DNA of 64,000 nucleotides from Bacteroidales bacterium (GCA_012520175.1 JAAYOU010000029.1:8867-72866), one strand, 5' to 3'; shown: positions 1-10,683, numbered from the stretch's first letter. Program-made: numbers and translations. Notes: generated by a model not told the origin, from the letters alone.

Positions 1-392
1 TATGTTATATAATTAATTTCATTAGTTTTCATTTTCAATGTTAGTGGAAGATCCAAAAATTGAAATTTATAAATAGAGGTTACTTTAGATAATTCTGCAA
101 CTGTATCCGGTGGATATACCTGCATTACACCTAATCTTTGTAATTTTCCACCCATATAACTTACATCAAAGCCACTTGCAAAAGAAAAGTTGTCTGCAAT
201 GGTCATTTCACCAATAAATCCCCACCCTAAACCAAGCCTCATACCTTGATATTGCAAAGAGTCTTGATCTGATTTCATCCATGAAGGACCAACATTAGCA
301 TGAATCCCGAAACGGAAAAATTTTTCATTTTGAGCATTTGCAATATTTAAAATTGCTGCAAAAACAAATATTGTTAATAGAATCTTTTTCAT
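1..392 (-). CDS. Outer membrane beta-barrel (PorT-like) protein, C-terminus beyond the window start
   Basis: ATG at 392 on minus strand; reads MKKILLTIFVFAAILNIANAQNEKFFRFGIHANVGPSWMKSD...MRLGLGWGFIGEMTIADNFSFASGFDVSYMGGKL..., signal peptide plus barrel-like strands; open to position 1. Confidence 0.6.
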   Translation of the reverse strand, partial: MKKILLTIFVFAAILNIANAQNEKFFRFGIHANVGPSWMKSDQDSLQYQGMRLGLGWGFIGEMTIADNFSFASGFDVSYMGGKLQRLGVMQVYPPDTVAELSKVTSIYKFQFLDLPLTLKMKTNEINYIT

Positions 393-434
393 ATTTTTGA
401 TTTTTATTTCATATAACACAAAGATATAAAATTT

Positions 435-1496
435 ATGAAACAGCAAAGATTTTTTTTATTAAAAAGCAGCATTTTAATTTTTTCCGTCATTTCGTTATCA
501 TTATTTATTAGCTCTTGTGGCTGCAAACGAGAAAAAAAAGAATATACAAGAGAGATAAAAGAAAGCAAAATTGATTCTATTTCAAAAATAAAAGTATCAA
601 TAATCCGCTACGAAAAAGATTTATTTGCAATACCGATTGACAGCCTAAAAGAAGGTCTCGCTGCAATGCAAAGCAAATACAGCTTTTTTTATTCAAAAGA
701 AGATTTGGAAAATCCAGCAAACATTGTTTCAATGAAGCAATATTTAAAAGATTATACTATAAAATCTTTATACGATGAAACTATGAAGCAGTATCCATCT
801 TTAACTTGGCTGGAATCTGATTTAACTGCAATGTTTCAAAAAATAAAATATATTATTCCTTCGTGGACTGTGCCACAAGTTTACACTTATATTTCAGGTG
901 GAGACATTGAATATCCAATAAAATATGCCGACAATAATTTGGTTATTGCTTTAGATTTGTTTTTAGGACAAAATTATCCGCTGTATAAAATGTGGAATAT
1001 TCCGCAATACATCAGCAATCGCATGACCCCGCAGCATATTGTTTTAAGGTGTGCAACAGAAATTGCGCAAGCATATTTAGAAAGACAAGAATTTATGCCT
1101 AAAACCATGTTAGACAAAATGATTTGGCATGGAAAATTATTATATTTTACAGACCTTGTTGTACCAGAAGCTAAAGATTCTACACGAATTGGCTATACAA
1201 CACAGCAATTAGCATGGATGGAAATAAACGAAGGTAATGTTTGGGGATTTTTTATTGAAAAAAACTTATTGCATACTTCTAACTCTAGAGAAATTGGGAA
1301 ATTTTTAGGCGAAGCTCCGTTTACAAGCACTTTTTCAAAAAACAGTGCCCCCAGAACAGGTCAATACATCGGCTGGCAAATTGTTAGAGCTTATATGGCG
1401 AGAAACAAAAACGTTACTCCCGAAGAACTTTTAAAGCTAAATAAATCGCAAGAAATATTAAACAAATCTTCTTATAAGCCTAAGAAAAATGAGTAA
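435..1496 (+). CDS. gldB: GldB-family gliding motility lipoprotein
   Basis: 353 aa; lipobox LFISSCG; IIRYEKDLFAI N-terminal region and FLGEAPFTSTFSKNSAPRTGQYIGWQIVRAYM C-terminal region typical of GldB family. Confidence 0.8.
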   Translation: MKQQRFFLLKSSILIFSVISLSLFISSCGCKREKKEYTREIKESKIDSISKIKVSIIRYEKDLFAIPIDSLKEGLAAMQSKYSFFYSKEDLENPANIVSMKQYLKDYTIKSLYDETMKQYPSLTWLESDLTAMFQKIKYIIPSWTVPQVYTYISGGDIEYPIKYADNNLVIALDLFLGQNYPLYKMWNIPQYISNRMTPQHIVLRCATEIAQAYLERQEFMPKTMLDKMIWHGKLLYFTDLVVPEAKDSTRIGYTTQQLAWMEINEGNVWGFFIEKNLLHTSNSREIGKFLGEAPFTSTFSKNSAPRTGQYIGWQIVRAYMARNKNVTPEELLKLNKSQEILNKSSYKPKKNE

Positions 1497-2060
1497 AAGC
1501 TACGAAATTGGTTTATAGGTTGAATTTGTGTGAAACGGGTGATGCTTGCAACTACTTGATTATCAATGTGTTAGCTTCTAGGGCAATGGCATGAGCATAT
1601 CCAAATGCTTTCTCCATCTGATTCTTTCTTTAAAATCCTAATTAAACTTTTAATCCCATTCTGTCATTTGGAATCTTATCAGATGCAATAATGGATTTGT
1701 CTTAACCATTGCAAATAGCATAATCCAAAAAATTTTTTGAAATATATACTCCATAAAATAGCTTTTTCATACCTTTACATTTTAGGTGAATAAATTACCT
1801 GAATGAACCAAGTTGGATTTTAGCTAAAACTATTAATAGATCTCAAACCTAACATTCTAATTGGCTCTAAAATCCAGGAAAAAGTGAGGCCTAATACTCA
1901 GGATAAGCCTTAAAACTTAGCCGCTGAAATAGTTCACCTCTTTTTCTCTGGTTCTTCAGTTATCAATAACTGAAGAACTTCTGTAAGCGGCAAAAACCAT
2001 AAATAAAAAAGCTGCCCTTTTTTGAGACAGCCTTTTATATTTTTATAAAAACTATGATTT

Positions 2061-5000
2061 TTATTTTTTTACTATTTGTATAATACCAACACTTTCACCC
2101 ATTTCTACACGCACCATATAGATTCCTGCAGGCAAGCTAGAAATATTAATTTCTCGCACATCGCCAGTGTTTTGAGCTACAATAGAGCTAAGCATATTAT
2201 ATACGCTTACAGTGGTAATTGTTTCCTTTGTTTCTATGTGCAAAATGTCTTGTACAGGGTTGGGATAAACTGTAATGTTTTGAGCAGCAAAATCTTCTAT
2301 GCTTGTTTCTACAAACTCTGCCACAATATTTACGTCTGCTACAACAATGTGTGTGCTGCCATTTTCAATTGTTTCGCCATTTAAAGTTAATGTTTGAAGT
2401 TTATAATCTGGGTTTGGTGTTGCAGTAATAATAATTGCTGCACCTTTATCAACTTTGCTGCCAATCGCTACCGGAGATCCGTTTGCTGTTACGCTAAGCG
2501 TACCGTGTTCTGGTATGTTGTAAGTTACGGTATATTGTGCTGTTTCTTCAACAAATTCTGCTACAATATTTACATCTGCCACAACAATATGAGTGTTGCC
2601 GCTTTCAAAAGGATTGCCATTTACAGTTAGAGTTTTAAGTTTGTAACCATTGTCTGGTGTAGCTGTAATAGTTATTTCGCTGTTTTTATCAACTTTGTCG
2701 CCACTTACGAGTGCTATTGTATCTAGCATTACGCTAATTGTGCCATTTTCAGGCGTTGCGAAGGCAATAGTAAACTGCTCGATTGGTATTTCCTCAAACT
2801 CAGCGGTTATTGTAACATCAAACGCAGGCATTTCAAATGTCATGCCGTTGAGCGGAACTTCTTCCGTTTCTTCGCCGGTTTTGTAAGCACGCAAAGAGCC
2901 ATCTTTCAATTTGTAGCCATCATCGGCACTAGCAGTTATGGTTACAGTTTCGCTGAATACAACTGGGCTTGCTGGTATAAATGACAGAGAACCGTTGGTA
3001 ATACCCTCAGCGATAGTAACTGCATAGCTGTTAATATCCCACTTAGCATACAACGTAAAACTGCTAGTTACCTCTGTATTAAAGTCGTATTCGTTTTGTA
3101 GCTCAGTATCAGTAAACCAGCCAATAAAGGTATAGCCCTCTTTGGTGGGAGTTTCTGGTTCAGTGAGTTTGTCTCCGTGGTTTATGGAGGTATCAGCTAT
3201 TGTGCTACCGCCATTAGTGTTAAAGGTTATGGTGTAAACCTTTATTTGCCACTTAGCATACAGTGTAAAACTGCTAGTTACCTCTGTATTAAAGTCGTAT
3301 TCGTTTTGTAGCTCGGGGTCGCTGTACCAACTCGCAAAGGTATAGCCCTCTTTAGTGGGAGCTTCTGGTTCGGTGAGTTTGTTGCCATGAGCAACGGTAA
3401 CGTTATCAACTGCAGTTCCACCATTAGTATTAAAGCTGATAATGTAAGCAGGTACTATCTTCACTGTATCTTTGATTATATTGCCAGCAGTATCGCAGAC
3501 AGCTTTTTCGTTAGGATTGAACACAGCACCAGCAGGCTCTACAATTACACAACTAATAAGTTCTACATCATTAAAGTTACGGATTGAGCCATAGTTTGTA
3601 CCAATTGCCGAAACTGTGGCATTTTCAATGGTAAGAGTATCAAGAAAATCGCCGGCAAAACCGCATGTTTTCCCTATTGTATTTACTGTACAGTTACGTA
3701 TAGTTAAAGATGAGCTATTGAAGGTAGATATCCCTGATTTATTTTTAGCGTTTATGTTAAGCGTACCGCTACCATCAATGGTTGCAGAATTTCCAGAAAA
3801 ATGAACTGTTGGGTAGTTCACACTTGATAAGTTATTATTGCCCACAATATCAATTTTTAGGTTTTCAATTTTATTGTTGATAGCATAAAGCTCTCCTGTT
3901 GCACAAATTGTAGCATCTTCAAGTTTTAGAGTTTTTGTATCAGGGTTGTAGCTTACCGAACCTTCTACACCATTTATAACGCTTAAATCATCTTTATTAA
4001 GATTTGTTACCTGTACATCACAAATCCAAAGGTCATAATAAATAATCGGCTTTATTTTTACTGTATCCGTGATGATATTACCATCAGCATCACAAATTGC
4101 CTTTATACCGTTGTTAAATACTGCTCTGGCAGGTTCAAAAATGCCACAGTTGACAAATTTTATATTTTTAAAGCCCATAATAGTACCGTCTTTTACCCCA
4201 TAAGATTTTAAAGATGCGGTTATCGTAGCGTTGTCAAAGGTAAGTGTCTTTTCGCCTGAATCACCAAAAATAGCGTTTCTACCACCAGTAACTTCAACAG
4301 TACAGTTTTTAATAGTTAGCGAGCCATTTTTCATAAATATTGCTCGGTCTTCTGCGTGAGTATTTGATAATTTAAGCGTCCCGCTACCCTGAATTGTGCC
4401 TGAAGTGTTATTTTGGAAAGCTATAGGAGACCATTCGTTACCAGTTAGATTATTAGTGCCGGAAACATCTATTTTCATATTATCAATTAGGGAAAGAATG
4501 CAGCACGTTTGCCCTGTGGTGGACATTGTTGCTCCGTTAAGCGTAAGAGTTTTCGAGTCAGAGTTGTAGCTTACCGTACCTGTTACACCATTGATAACGC
4601 TTAGGTCGTCCTTATTGGCATCAGTTACTTGCTCGCCACAAATCCATAAATCATATTTAGATATACCAATCTTTACTTCGCTTTTAATTACATTGCCATC
4701 AGCATCACAAACGGAGCCATTTATTATCTGTGCATCAGCAGGCGAGATAAAAGAGCAACCATTAAGGGTTATTCCTCCGGAAAATTTAGTAATAGAGCCA
4801 TAACTCCCTTTGGCTGTAACGGTAGCACCATTAACAATAAGAGAAGCATCCTCTGCTCCTTGGAACCCGAATCTTGCACCGATAGCGTTTACCGTACATT
4901 TCTTTATGGTAAGAGTGCTTCGATAAACCCATATCGTATTGGTGTAATATGCCTCTGAACTCACATTTAATGTGCCGCTGCCTTGGATAGTAACATCATT

Positions 5001-5369
5001 ATTAATATGTATTGCACAGGAACATCCTTCTTTAGCTGTTATCGTGTTGTTTCCTATAAGCTCTATTTTCAGTCCATTACATTGGGATGAAAAACAATAG
5101 AATGATGCAGATTTGATGGTAGCGCCGTTAAGCGTAAGGGTGTTGGTGGTAGAGTTATAGTTTACTATACCCGTTACCGTACAGCCATTTGTACCATTGA
5201 TAACGGTTAGGTCGCCCTTGTTGGCATCTGTTACCTGTACGCCGCAAATTTTAAGGTCGTACTCTGCTGCTTGCAAATTAGCAGCACCGAATAGCATCGC
5301 CACGAAAAAAGCAAGCGTAAATCTGAATTTGTAATTGTTTTTTTTCATTTTATTTTGATATTTTTTCAT
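2061..5369 (-). CDS. Large secreted repeat protein: three ~190-aa YDLxICGxQVT... modules, two InlB-like (Listeria-Bacteroides) repeats, T9SS type A sorting domain
   Basis: 1102 aa; signal peptide; repeated YDLWICGEQVTDANKDDLSVINGV units; FNTNGGT...YTFASWYSDPELQNEYDFNTEVTSSFTLYAKW twice; C-term ITVYPNPVQDILHIE...SVYNMLSS...LPAGIYMVRVEMGESVGIIQIVKK. Confidence 0.85.
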   Translation of the reverse strand: MKKYQNKMKKNNYKFRFTLAFFVAMLFGAANLQAAEYDLKICGVQVTDANKGDLTVINGTNGCTVTGIVNYNSTTNTLTLNGATIKSASFYCFSSQCNGLKIELIGNNTITAKEGCSCAIHINNDVTIQGSGTLNVSSEAYYTNTIWVYRSTLTIKKCTVNAIGARFGFQGAEDASLIVNGATVTAKGSYGSITKFSGGITLNGCSFISPADAQIINGSVCDADGNVIKSEVKIGISKYDLWICGEQVTDANKDDLSVINGVTGTVSYNSDSKTLTLNGATMSTTGQTCCILSLIDNMKIDVSGTNNLTGNEWSPIAFQNNTSGTIQGSGTLKLSNTHAEDRAIFMKNGSLTIKNCTVEVTGGRNAIFGDSGEKTLTFDNATITASLKSYGVKDGTIMGFKNIKFVNCGIFEPARAVFNNGIKAICDADGNIITDTVKIKPIIYYDLWICDVQVTNLNKDDLSVINGVEGSVSYNPDTKTLKLEDATICATGELYAINNKIENLKIDIVGNNNLSSVNYPTVHFSGNSATIDGSGTLNINAKNKSGISTFNSSSLTIRNCTVNTIGKTCGFAGDFLDTLTIENATVSAIGTNYGSIRNFNDVELISCVIVEPAGAVFNPNEKAVCDTAGNIIKDTVKIVPAYIISFNTNGGTAVDNVTVAHGNKLTEPEAPTKEGYTFASWYSDPELQNEYDFNTEVTSSFTLYAKWQIKVYTITFNTNGGSTIADTSINHGDKLTEPETPTKEGYTFIGWFTDTELQNEYDFNTEVTSSFTLYAKWDINSYAVTIAEGITNGSLSFIPASPVVFSETVTITASADDGYKLKDGSLRAYKTGEETEEVPLNGMTFEMPAFDVTITAEFEEIPIEQFTIAFATPENGTISVMLDTIALVSGDKVDKNSEITITATPDNGYKLKTLTVNGNPFESGNTHIVVADVNIVAEFVEETAQYTVTYNIPEHGTLSVTANGSPVAIGSKVDKGAAIIITATPNPDYKLQTLTLNGETIENGSTHIVVADVNIVAEFVETSIEDFAAQNITVYPNPVQDILHIETKETITTVSVYNMLSSIVAQNTGDVREINISSLPAGIYMVRVEMGESVGIIQIVKK

Positions 5370-5831
5370 TTTTAGCGTTGAGTGTTTAAAGTTTGGAAAG
5401 CGTTACCTTGAGTTTCTTGAATTGTTGAAAAAGTTTTTCGCGAGTCTGTGTTTTGAAAATTTTTGCAAAAATATAAGAAATTAAAATTCTTTTTGGTGGC
5501 TAAACATAAAAATCTTAGTGGCTAAACAACAAATTTTAATTAATAATTAATAAATGTGTGAATTTATTTTTATGGTTATCATTTTTTCATAAATCCGTTA
5601 ACATTCTACAACATTCATTCTGTCATCTGAACATAGTATAGCAACAATTTCACCCGCTCATCATACACAAATAATTGGTTATCAAAATCTTGCACAAAAC
5701 AACCAGTTGCGTGTAACCACTTAATTATCACCACATTACATAGTCAGCTGCAATTTTGTAATTAAATAACATTTTTTTGAACCATTAAGGCATTAAGAGA
5801 CATTAAGAAATTGACTATATTCACCTTACGT

Positions 5832-5869
5832 AAAGCGGATGTCTTTTTGCAATACGCTGATTATCAGCA
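5832..5869. repeat. 38-bp direct repeat, copy 1
   Basis: aaagcggatgtctttttgcaatacgctgattatcagca, identical to 6047-6084. Confidence 0.9.
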
Positions 5870-6046
5870 ACTTACGCAACAAAACCTTTAAACCTAACAG
5901 GTTTCTAAAACCTATCAGGTTTATACATTGTTGCATGTCTGTAACTGCTTGTGTATTAGCAATTTATGCGGGCGACAAGCGAATAGCGAGCCCCTACTAA
6001 ACACTAAAAACCATTTTATAACTCATTGATTATTAGCAATTTATGC

Positions 6047-6084
6047 AAAGCGGATGTCTTTTTGCAATACGCTGATTATCAGCA
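6047..6084. repeat. 38-bp direct repeat, copy 2
   Basis: Identical 38-mer to 5832-5869; part of dispersed intergenic repeat family. Confidence 0.9.
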
Positions 6085-6159
6085 TCTTAGGCAAAGTGGG
6101 CACCATTCGCTAAACCGTTGATTGTCAGCGACTTATATGAGTGGCAACAAAACAACCTA

Positions 6160-7197
6160 TCATGCTTTTTTCCTTATTTTTTCCAATAAGTCGCTAAAAT
6201 CTTGTGGGAATTGACTTTTAAAATAAAGTTCTTTCCCATTTTCAGGATGAACAAAACCTATAACTGCGGCATGTAAAGCCTGCCTTGGCATTATTTCAAA
6301 ACAATTATCTATAAATTGCTTAAATTTAGTAGTTGCATTTCCTTTAACAATCGTTTTTCCGCCATACATTTCGTCAGCAAACAATGGATGCCCGATATGC
6401 TTCATGTGTGCTCTTATTTGGTGCGTGCGTCCTGTTTCTAATTTACATTCAACAAGAGTTGCAAAGCCAAATCGCTCAATAACTTTATAATGAGTTAGCG
6501 ACCATTTCCCTTCATTTTCGCTTTCATACATAGTCATAACCCTTCTATCGCGCTGGCTACGTGCAATATATCCGCTAACAACTCCACTTTCGTTTTGCAA
6601 ATCTCCCCAAACAAGAGCGTAATACAATCTGTTTGTGGTGTGATTATAAAACTGTTTTGCCAAGTGCGTTTGTGCAAATTCTTCTTTTGCAACAACCAAC
6701 AATCCGCTTGTATCCTTGTCTATGCGATGAACCAATAATGGGAAAGTATCGTTTTCATTATTTGACTGAAAATGATATAAAAGTGCATTTAGCAACGTAT
6801 GCTCATAATTATTATATCCCGGATGAACCACCATTCCTGCTTTTTTATCAACAACAAGCAAGCTTTTATCTTCGTAAACAACATCAAGCGGAATGTTTTC
6901 TGGCAACAAATCAAGCTCTAGTGGCGGTTTTGGTAAAACTATAACAATTTCATCGCAAGGTTTTATCTTATAGTTTTGTTTGACTGGCTTGTCGTTCACC
7001 AACACACTATCAGCTTTTATGGCATTTTGAATTTTATTTCTGCTAACGCTTCCGCCAATGCGATCTACTAAAAATTTATCTATTCTAAGCAGAGACTGCC
7101 CTTTATCAACAATGAGTCTAAAATGTTCGTACAGTTCTTTTTCATCATCTGCCAAATCCGACTGATCTGTATAATAATTTAATTTATCAGAATCCAT
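6160..7197 (-). CDS. rluD: RluA family pseudouridine synthase (RluD-like), with S4 domain
   Basis: 345 aa; S4-like RIDKFLVDRIGGSVSRNKIQNAIKADSVLVND; catalytic motif PLVHRIDKDTSGLLVVAK; LETGRTHQIRAHMKHIGHPLFAD. Confidence 0.9.
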   Translation of the reverse strand: MDSDKLNYYTDQSDLADDEKELYEHFRLIVDKGQSLLRIDKFLVDRIGGSVSRNKIQNAIKADSVLVNDKPVKQNYKIKPCDEIVIVLPKPPLELDLLPENIPLDVVYEDKSLLVVDKKAGMVVHPGYNNYEHTLLNALLYHFQSNNENDTFPLLVHRIDKDTSGLLVVAKEEFAQTHLAKQFYNHTTNRLYYALVWGDLQNESGVVSGYIARSQRDRRVMTMYESENEGKWSLTHYKVIERFGFATLVECKLETGRTHQIRAHMKHIGHPLFADEMYGGKTIVKGNATTKFKQFIDNCFEIMPRQALHAAVIGFVHPENGKELYFKSQFPQDFSDLLEKIRKKA

Positions 7198-9053
7198 TTT
7201 ACATACGAAGATTTCAGATTTTTTTTATCTATTTTTAAAGTATAAAAACCGGGATTTATTCCATCTGTATCAAAATATTTTTCGCACCATTCCTGCTTTA
7301 CAACTTTGCCATTTATGTCTATAACGCTAATTTGCTTTGATTCATCATCAGAAAATTCGATTTTTTGGCAATTATAGCAAGGATTAGGAAATAATTCAAT
7401 AGGTTTCTCTTTTTCATTTGCATAAATATGTGTCGGATTCTCTTTCCCAACAACAATTCTTATCATTGGCGTTCCTGGAGTAATAGAATTATACCATGTT
7501 CCATCAACATTGTAAAACAGATTATTGCTCCTATCAGTATTTCTATCGTATCCAAGGTTCAAAAGCTCGTCAGAAGTCTGCTTCCATCCCACATATATTG
7601 TTCCACTCACAGCAATTGGTTCGTCAAGAATATAATTATGAAAAACATTAAAGCCAGCTTCAAACTCAGGTCTAACGCCACTTTTTTCATAAATTACAGA
7701 GCCTGGCACGCCGTTGTTATCATTCCAAACCCGCAATAGAAAATAGATTTGATTGGCATCATTAACAGTGCGATTAAAAAACATTTGCACAGCCCTCAAT
7801 GTATCAGGAATATTCAATTTGAATTTATATGCCGCTTGTCCACCATTTATTGTAAGTCCATAGCCAGCTTCAGCCGTTCCATCGTCTGGAGCAAAATAAT
7901 TATAAAATTGTTGATAAAAAGCTAATGTGTCATTTTTTGAAATTGGATCGCTGATTGTTGCAGTATTAACTGAAAATTTAACTAAAAATCTCGCATTTTC
8001 AGAAACAGACGAATTGTATTGATAAGGAATAGAGCTTCTATAAAATGCTGTGTCTGTTAATTGCGGCAAATTAAAAGCACTTAAACCAGAATTATAATTT
8101 GGCGTTGTGCCCGACAAATCCTCAATAGTCAACAATTCTGTTACATTAAGCAAAGACTCGGAGTGATTTGAATAAGGCACACTAACACTGCTTGACATTT
8201 CTCCTGCAACATTAGCTTTAAAATGATTCCAAGGCATGGAATAATAATTTTTCAACAAAGTTTCATTTGCTCCACGAAAAGCCAAATCATTTGGAATTGT
8301 ATCATTCAAATTTCTTTCGCTGTTTATGTAGATGTAGTCTATGTTCCAAAAGTCGCAATTTGATGCCCATGTTGGCAAAGACAAATCTGAATAGCTAGCA
8401 ATATTCATAAATCTGAATCTGAATTTGCTGTTCATAAACGCAGTATCAACAATTGGAATCATAACGCATTTCCAAGGACTTCCGTTTTTTTGAAGAAACT
8501 TATTATACGACATTCCTTCTTTCGCCCACTGTTTTATCCACTTATTTTGATTTGCTGCATAAAATTCCAAAAGCAACGAATCATCTTCCTCGGGCTTATC
8601 ACCAAGTCCTTGCGGCTGATAAAAAAAACTAAAGTATATTGAATCTGCAGGCGTTGTTTCATGCTGAGTGCCTAGAAAAACTGAATCCAGCCTTATTTCC
8701 CGTGATGTTAGAGTGTCGGCAAAAAATGCAAAGCTAGAGCCGTGGCTGTACAAAAAACCATTTTTATCAAGCCCATCAAAAGTTGCAACTCCAATCGTAA
8801 AAGGAGAAATAGCATAGGAATTATTTATAAAAACAGATTTATCAGAGAATTTTTTTGGATCTGGATATATTTTTGTGCTTGAAAAATCCTCATAAAAAGG
8901 CATTACTAACTGCGATGCATTTTTTTGCTCTATATTTTCTTTTTCAGATGTTATTAAAACTTGGTTCAACCCTGGTGGCACAAGCTTTTCCTGTGCATTT
9001 ACAGCAACAGTAAATAAAATTATTAAAAAACTAAAAAATTTTTGCATACCCAT
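7179..9053 (-). CDS. Secreted protein with T9SS type A sorting domain
   Basis: 624 aa; signal peptide; C-term PIELFPNPCYNCQKIEFSDDESKQISVIDINGKVVKQEWCEKYFDTDGINPGFYTLKI. Confidence 0.8.
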   Translation of the reverse strand: MGMQKFFSFLIILFTVAVNAQEKLVPPGLNQVLITSEKENIEQKNASQLVMPFYEDFSSTKIYPDPKKFSDKSVFINNSYAISPFTIGVATFDGLDKNGFLYSHGSSFAFFADTLTSREIRLDSVFLGTQHETTPADSIYFSFFYQPQGLGDKPEEDDSLLLEFYAANQNKWIKQWAKEGMSYNKFLQKNGSPWKCVMIPIVDTAFMNSKFRFRFMNIASYSDLSLPTWASNCDFWNIDYIYINSERNLNDTIPNDLAFRGANETLLKNYYSMPWNHFKANVAGEMSSSVSVPYSNHSESLLNVTELLTIEDLSGTTPNYNSGLSAFNLPQLTDTAFYRSSIPYQYNSSVSENARFLVKFSVNTATISDPISKNDTLAFYQQFYNYFAPDDGTAEAGYGLTINGGQAAYKFKLNIPDTLRAVQMFFNRTVNDANQIYFLLRVWNDNNGVPGSVIYEKSGVRPEFEAGFNVFHNYILDEPIAVSGTIYVGWKQTSDELLNLGYDRNTDRSNNLFYNVDGTWYNSITPGTPMIRIVVGKENPTHIYANEKEKPIELFPNPCYNCQKIEFSDDESKQISVIDINGKVVKQEWCEKYFDTDGINPGFYTLKIDKKNLKSSYVKWILIN

Positions 9054-9057
9054 AATG

Positions 9058-9807
9058 TTATTCGTACCATAAATCTATTGTTTCGCCCAAATTAATTTCA
9101 GCTTCTTCGCTATATCTCGGGCTTTGCTTTACAACTCTAACATTTATAGTGTCTTTTGGATTCATAAAAACTTCCCCGCCAAGATTAAGCCCAGCATCAT
9201 TAATAATTAATCTTGCTTCATCTCTTGTTTTTCCCAATAATTTTGGAATATATACTTTACCCTCACCTTTGCCGCGTCCTATTACCAAATCCACTTTCTC
9301 TCCCTTATTCAAAACATGTCCCCATTGCAAAACGCGACCTTTGTATTTTGCTTTCAATACAGTTTTTCCAACATCTGGCACATATTCTATTCTTCCAACT
9401 TTCAATCCATGACTTTCTAGCAATGCAGAAGATTGCCTTGCTGTTAGGTCTATTAAATTAGGCAATTTTGTTTTTTCGGGTGTAAAAGCGATTAGTGTTA
9501 AATAAACTGTTCGTCCTTTTTTCACATGTGAAGCTGGGAGCGGCAATTGACTTGAGACAGAGCCCGGTTTTTTGCTGTTATCATAAACAGAATCAACCAC
9601 AACAAAATTATAGTGCCGACTTTCTCTCATTTCATCAATTTCCATCATCGTTTTCCCTACAAAATCTGGTACTTCTATTGATTGCCCGTGAAAAGTATAG
9701 AGTCTTAATATGAACATCGTAATCCAAACTAATATTATTCCTACAAGAATTATTAGGGCTAAATTTTTCCAAAAATATTTACTTTTTATAAAACTTAATT
9801 TTTTCAT
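9058..9807 (-). CDS. PASTA domain-containing membrane protein
   Basis: 249 aa; one N-terminal TM helix; repeated VPDFVGKTMMEIDEMRE / LPNLIDLTARQSSALLESHGLKVG / IPKLLGKTRDEARLIINDAGLNLG PASTA units. Confidence 0.85.
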   Translation of the reverse strand: MKKLSFIKSKYFWKNLALIILVGIILVWITMFILRLYTFHGQSIEVPDFVGKTMMEIDEMRESRHYNFVVVDSVYDNSKKPGSVSSQLPLPASHVKKGRTVYLTLIAFTPEKTKLPNLIDLTARQSSALLESHGLKVGRIEYVPDVGKTVLKAKYKGRVLQWGHVLNKGEKVDLVIGRGKGEGKVYIPKLLGKTRDEARLIINDAGLNLGGEVFMNPKDTINVRVVKQSPRYSEEAEINLGETIDLWYE

Positions 9808-9894
9808 GTTTTTTATTATTAAAACAGATTTGGCTTACTTTTATTGTGAAAAATTTTATTATTTGCAAAAATACAATATTTATGTTTTTGCTGT

Positions 9895-10683
9895 TTATTT
9901 TAATTCATAATTATCCCAATCTCTTGCAAAAGGAAAATCATTCCTATATTTCATTAGATTATCCTTATTCAATTCAACGAAAATAATATCGTCTTCATTA
10001 GTTATTTCTGGATTCCAAATTCCATCTGGATTTGCAAGTATAGAGCTACCATTATATTTCCAGCCATTTCCATCTATTCCCTTACGATTAACTCCCACCG
10101 CAAAGCATTGATTTTCAATAGCTCTAGATACAAGTAAATTATGCCAATGACGCTGCCTTGAAGAGGGCCAATTTGCTGTAACCAATAAAATATCGTACAA
10201 AAACTCATCGTTTGCAAAAGAGTTTCGCAACCAAATTGGGAAGCGCAAATCATAACAAATTGCCAATTTTATATTCCATCCATGATAGTTAAAAATTGTT
10301 TGCTGAGTTCCACTTGTATATTCCAAGTTTTCTCTACCCAACGCAAACAAATGCTTTTTGTCGTATTGATAAAATTTTCCGTCAGGATTCACCCAGTAAA
10401 AACGATTACAATAATTGTCTTTTTCGCTTATAATAACACTTCCAGCAAGAGCCACATTCTGTTCTGCGGCTAAGTTCTTCATCCAATTTAGCGTTTCGCC
10501 ATTTGCGGTTTCAGCTACAGAAGCAGGGTTTGTTACAAATCCAGTTGTAAACATTTCTGGAAAAACAAAAACATCTGCATTTTTAGAGTGTTCTTTTACA
10601 AAGTTTTCCAGCATGTTCCTATTAAATTCTGCATCCTTCCATTTTGTGTCGGGCTGTAATAAAGCCATTCGCAATGTTTTCAT
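9895..10683 (-). CDS. Carbon-nitrogen hydrolase (nitrilase/omega-amidase family)
   Basis: 262 aa; VFVFPEMFTTGF (Glu), K in FYQYDKKHLF, LAICYDLRFPIW (Cys). Confidence 0.85.
   Translation of the reverse strand: MKTLRMALLQPDTKWKDAEFNRNMLENFVKEHSKNADVFVFPEMFTTGFVTNPASVAETANGETLNWMKNLAAEQNVALAGSVIISEKDNYCNRFYWVNPDGKFYQYDKKHLFALGRENLEYTSGTQQTIFNYHGWNIKLAICYDLRFPIWLRNSFANDEFLYDILLVTANWPSSRQRHWHNLLVSRAIENQCFAVGVNRKGIDGNGWKYNGSSILANPDGIWNPEITNEDDIIFVELNKDNLMKYRNDFPFARDWDNYELK

Noticed and set aside
2076-4803. Plus-strand ORFs inside the 2061-5369 repeat gene
   Set aside because: Antisense to a strong long ORF with clear domains; low-complexity translations explained by its repetitive composition.
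9149-9713. Plus-strand ORFs opposite the PASTA protein and next to it
   Set aside because: Antisense frames with no domain signal; PASTA assignment on minus strand is strong.
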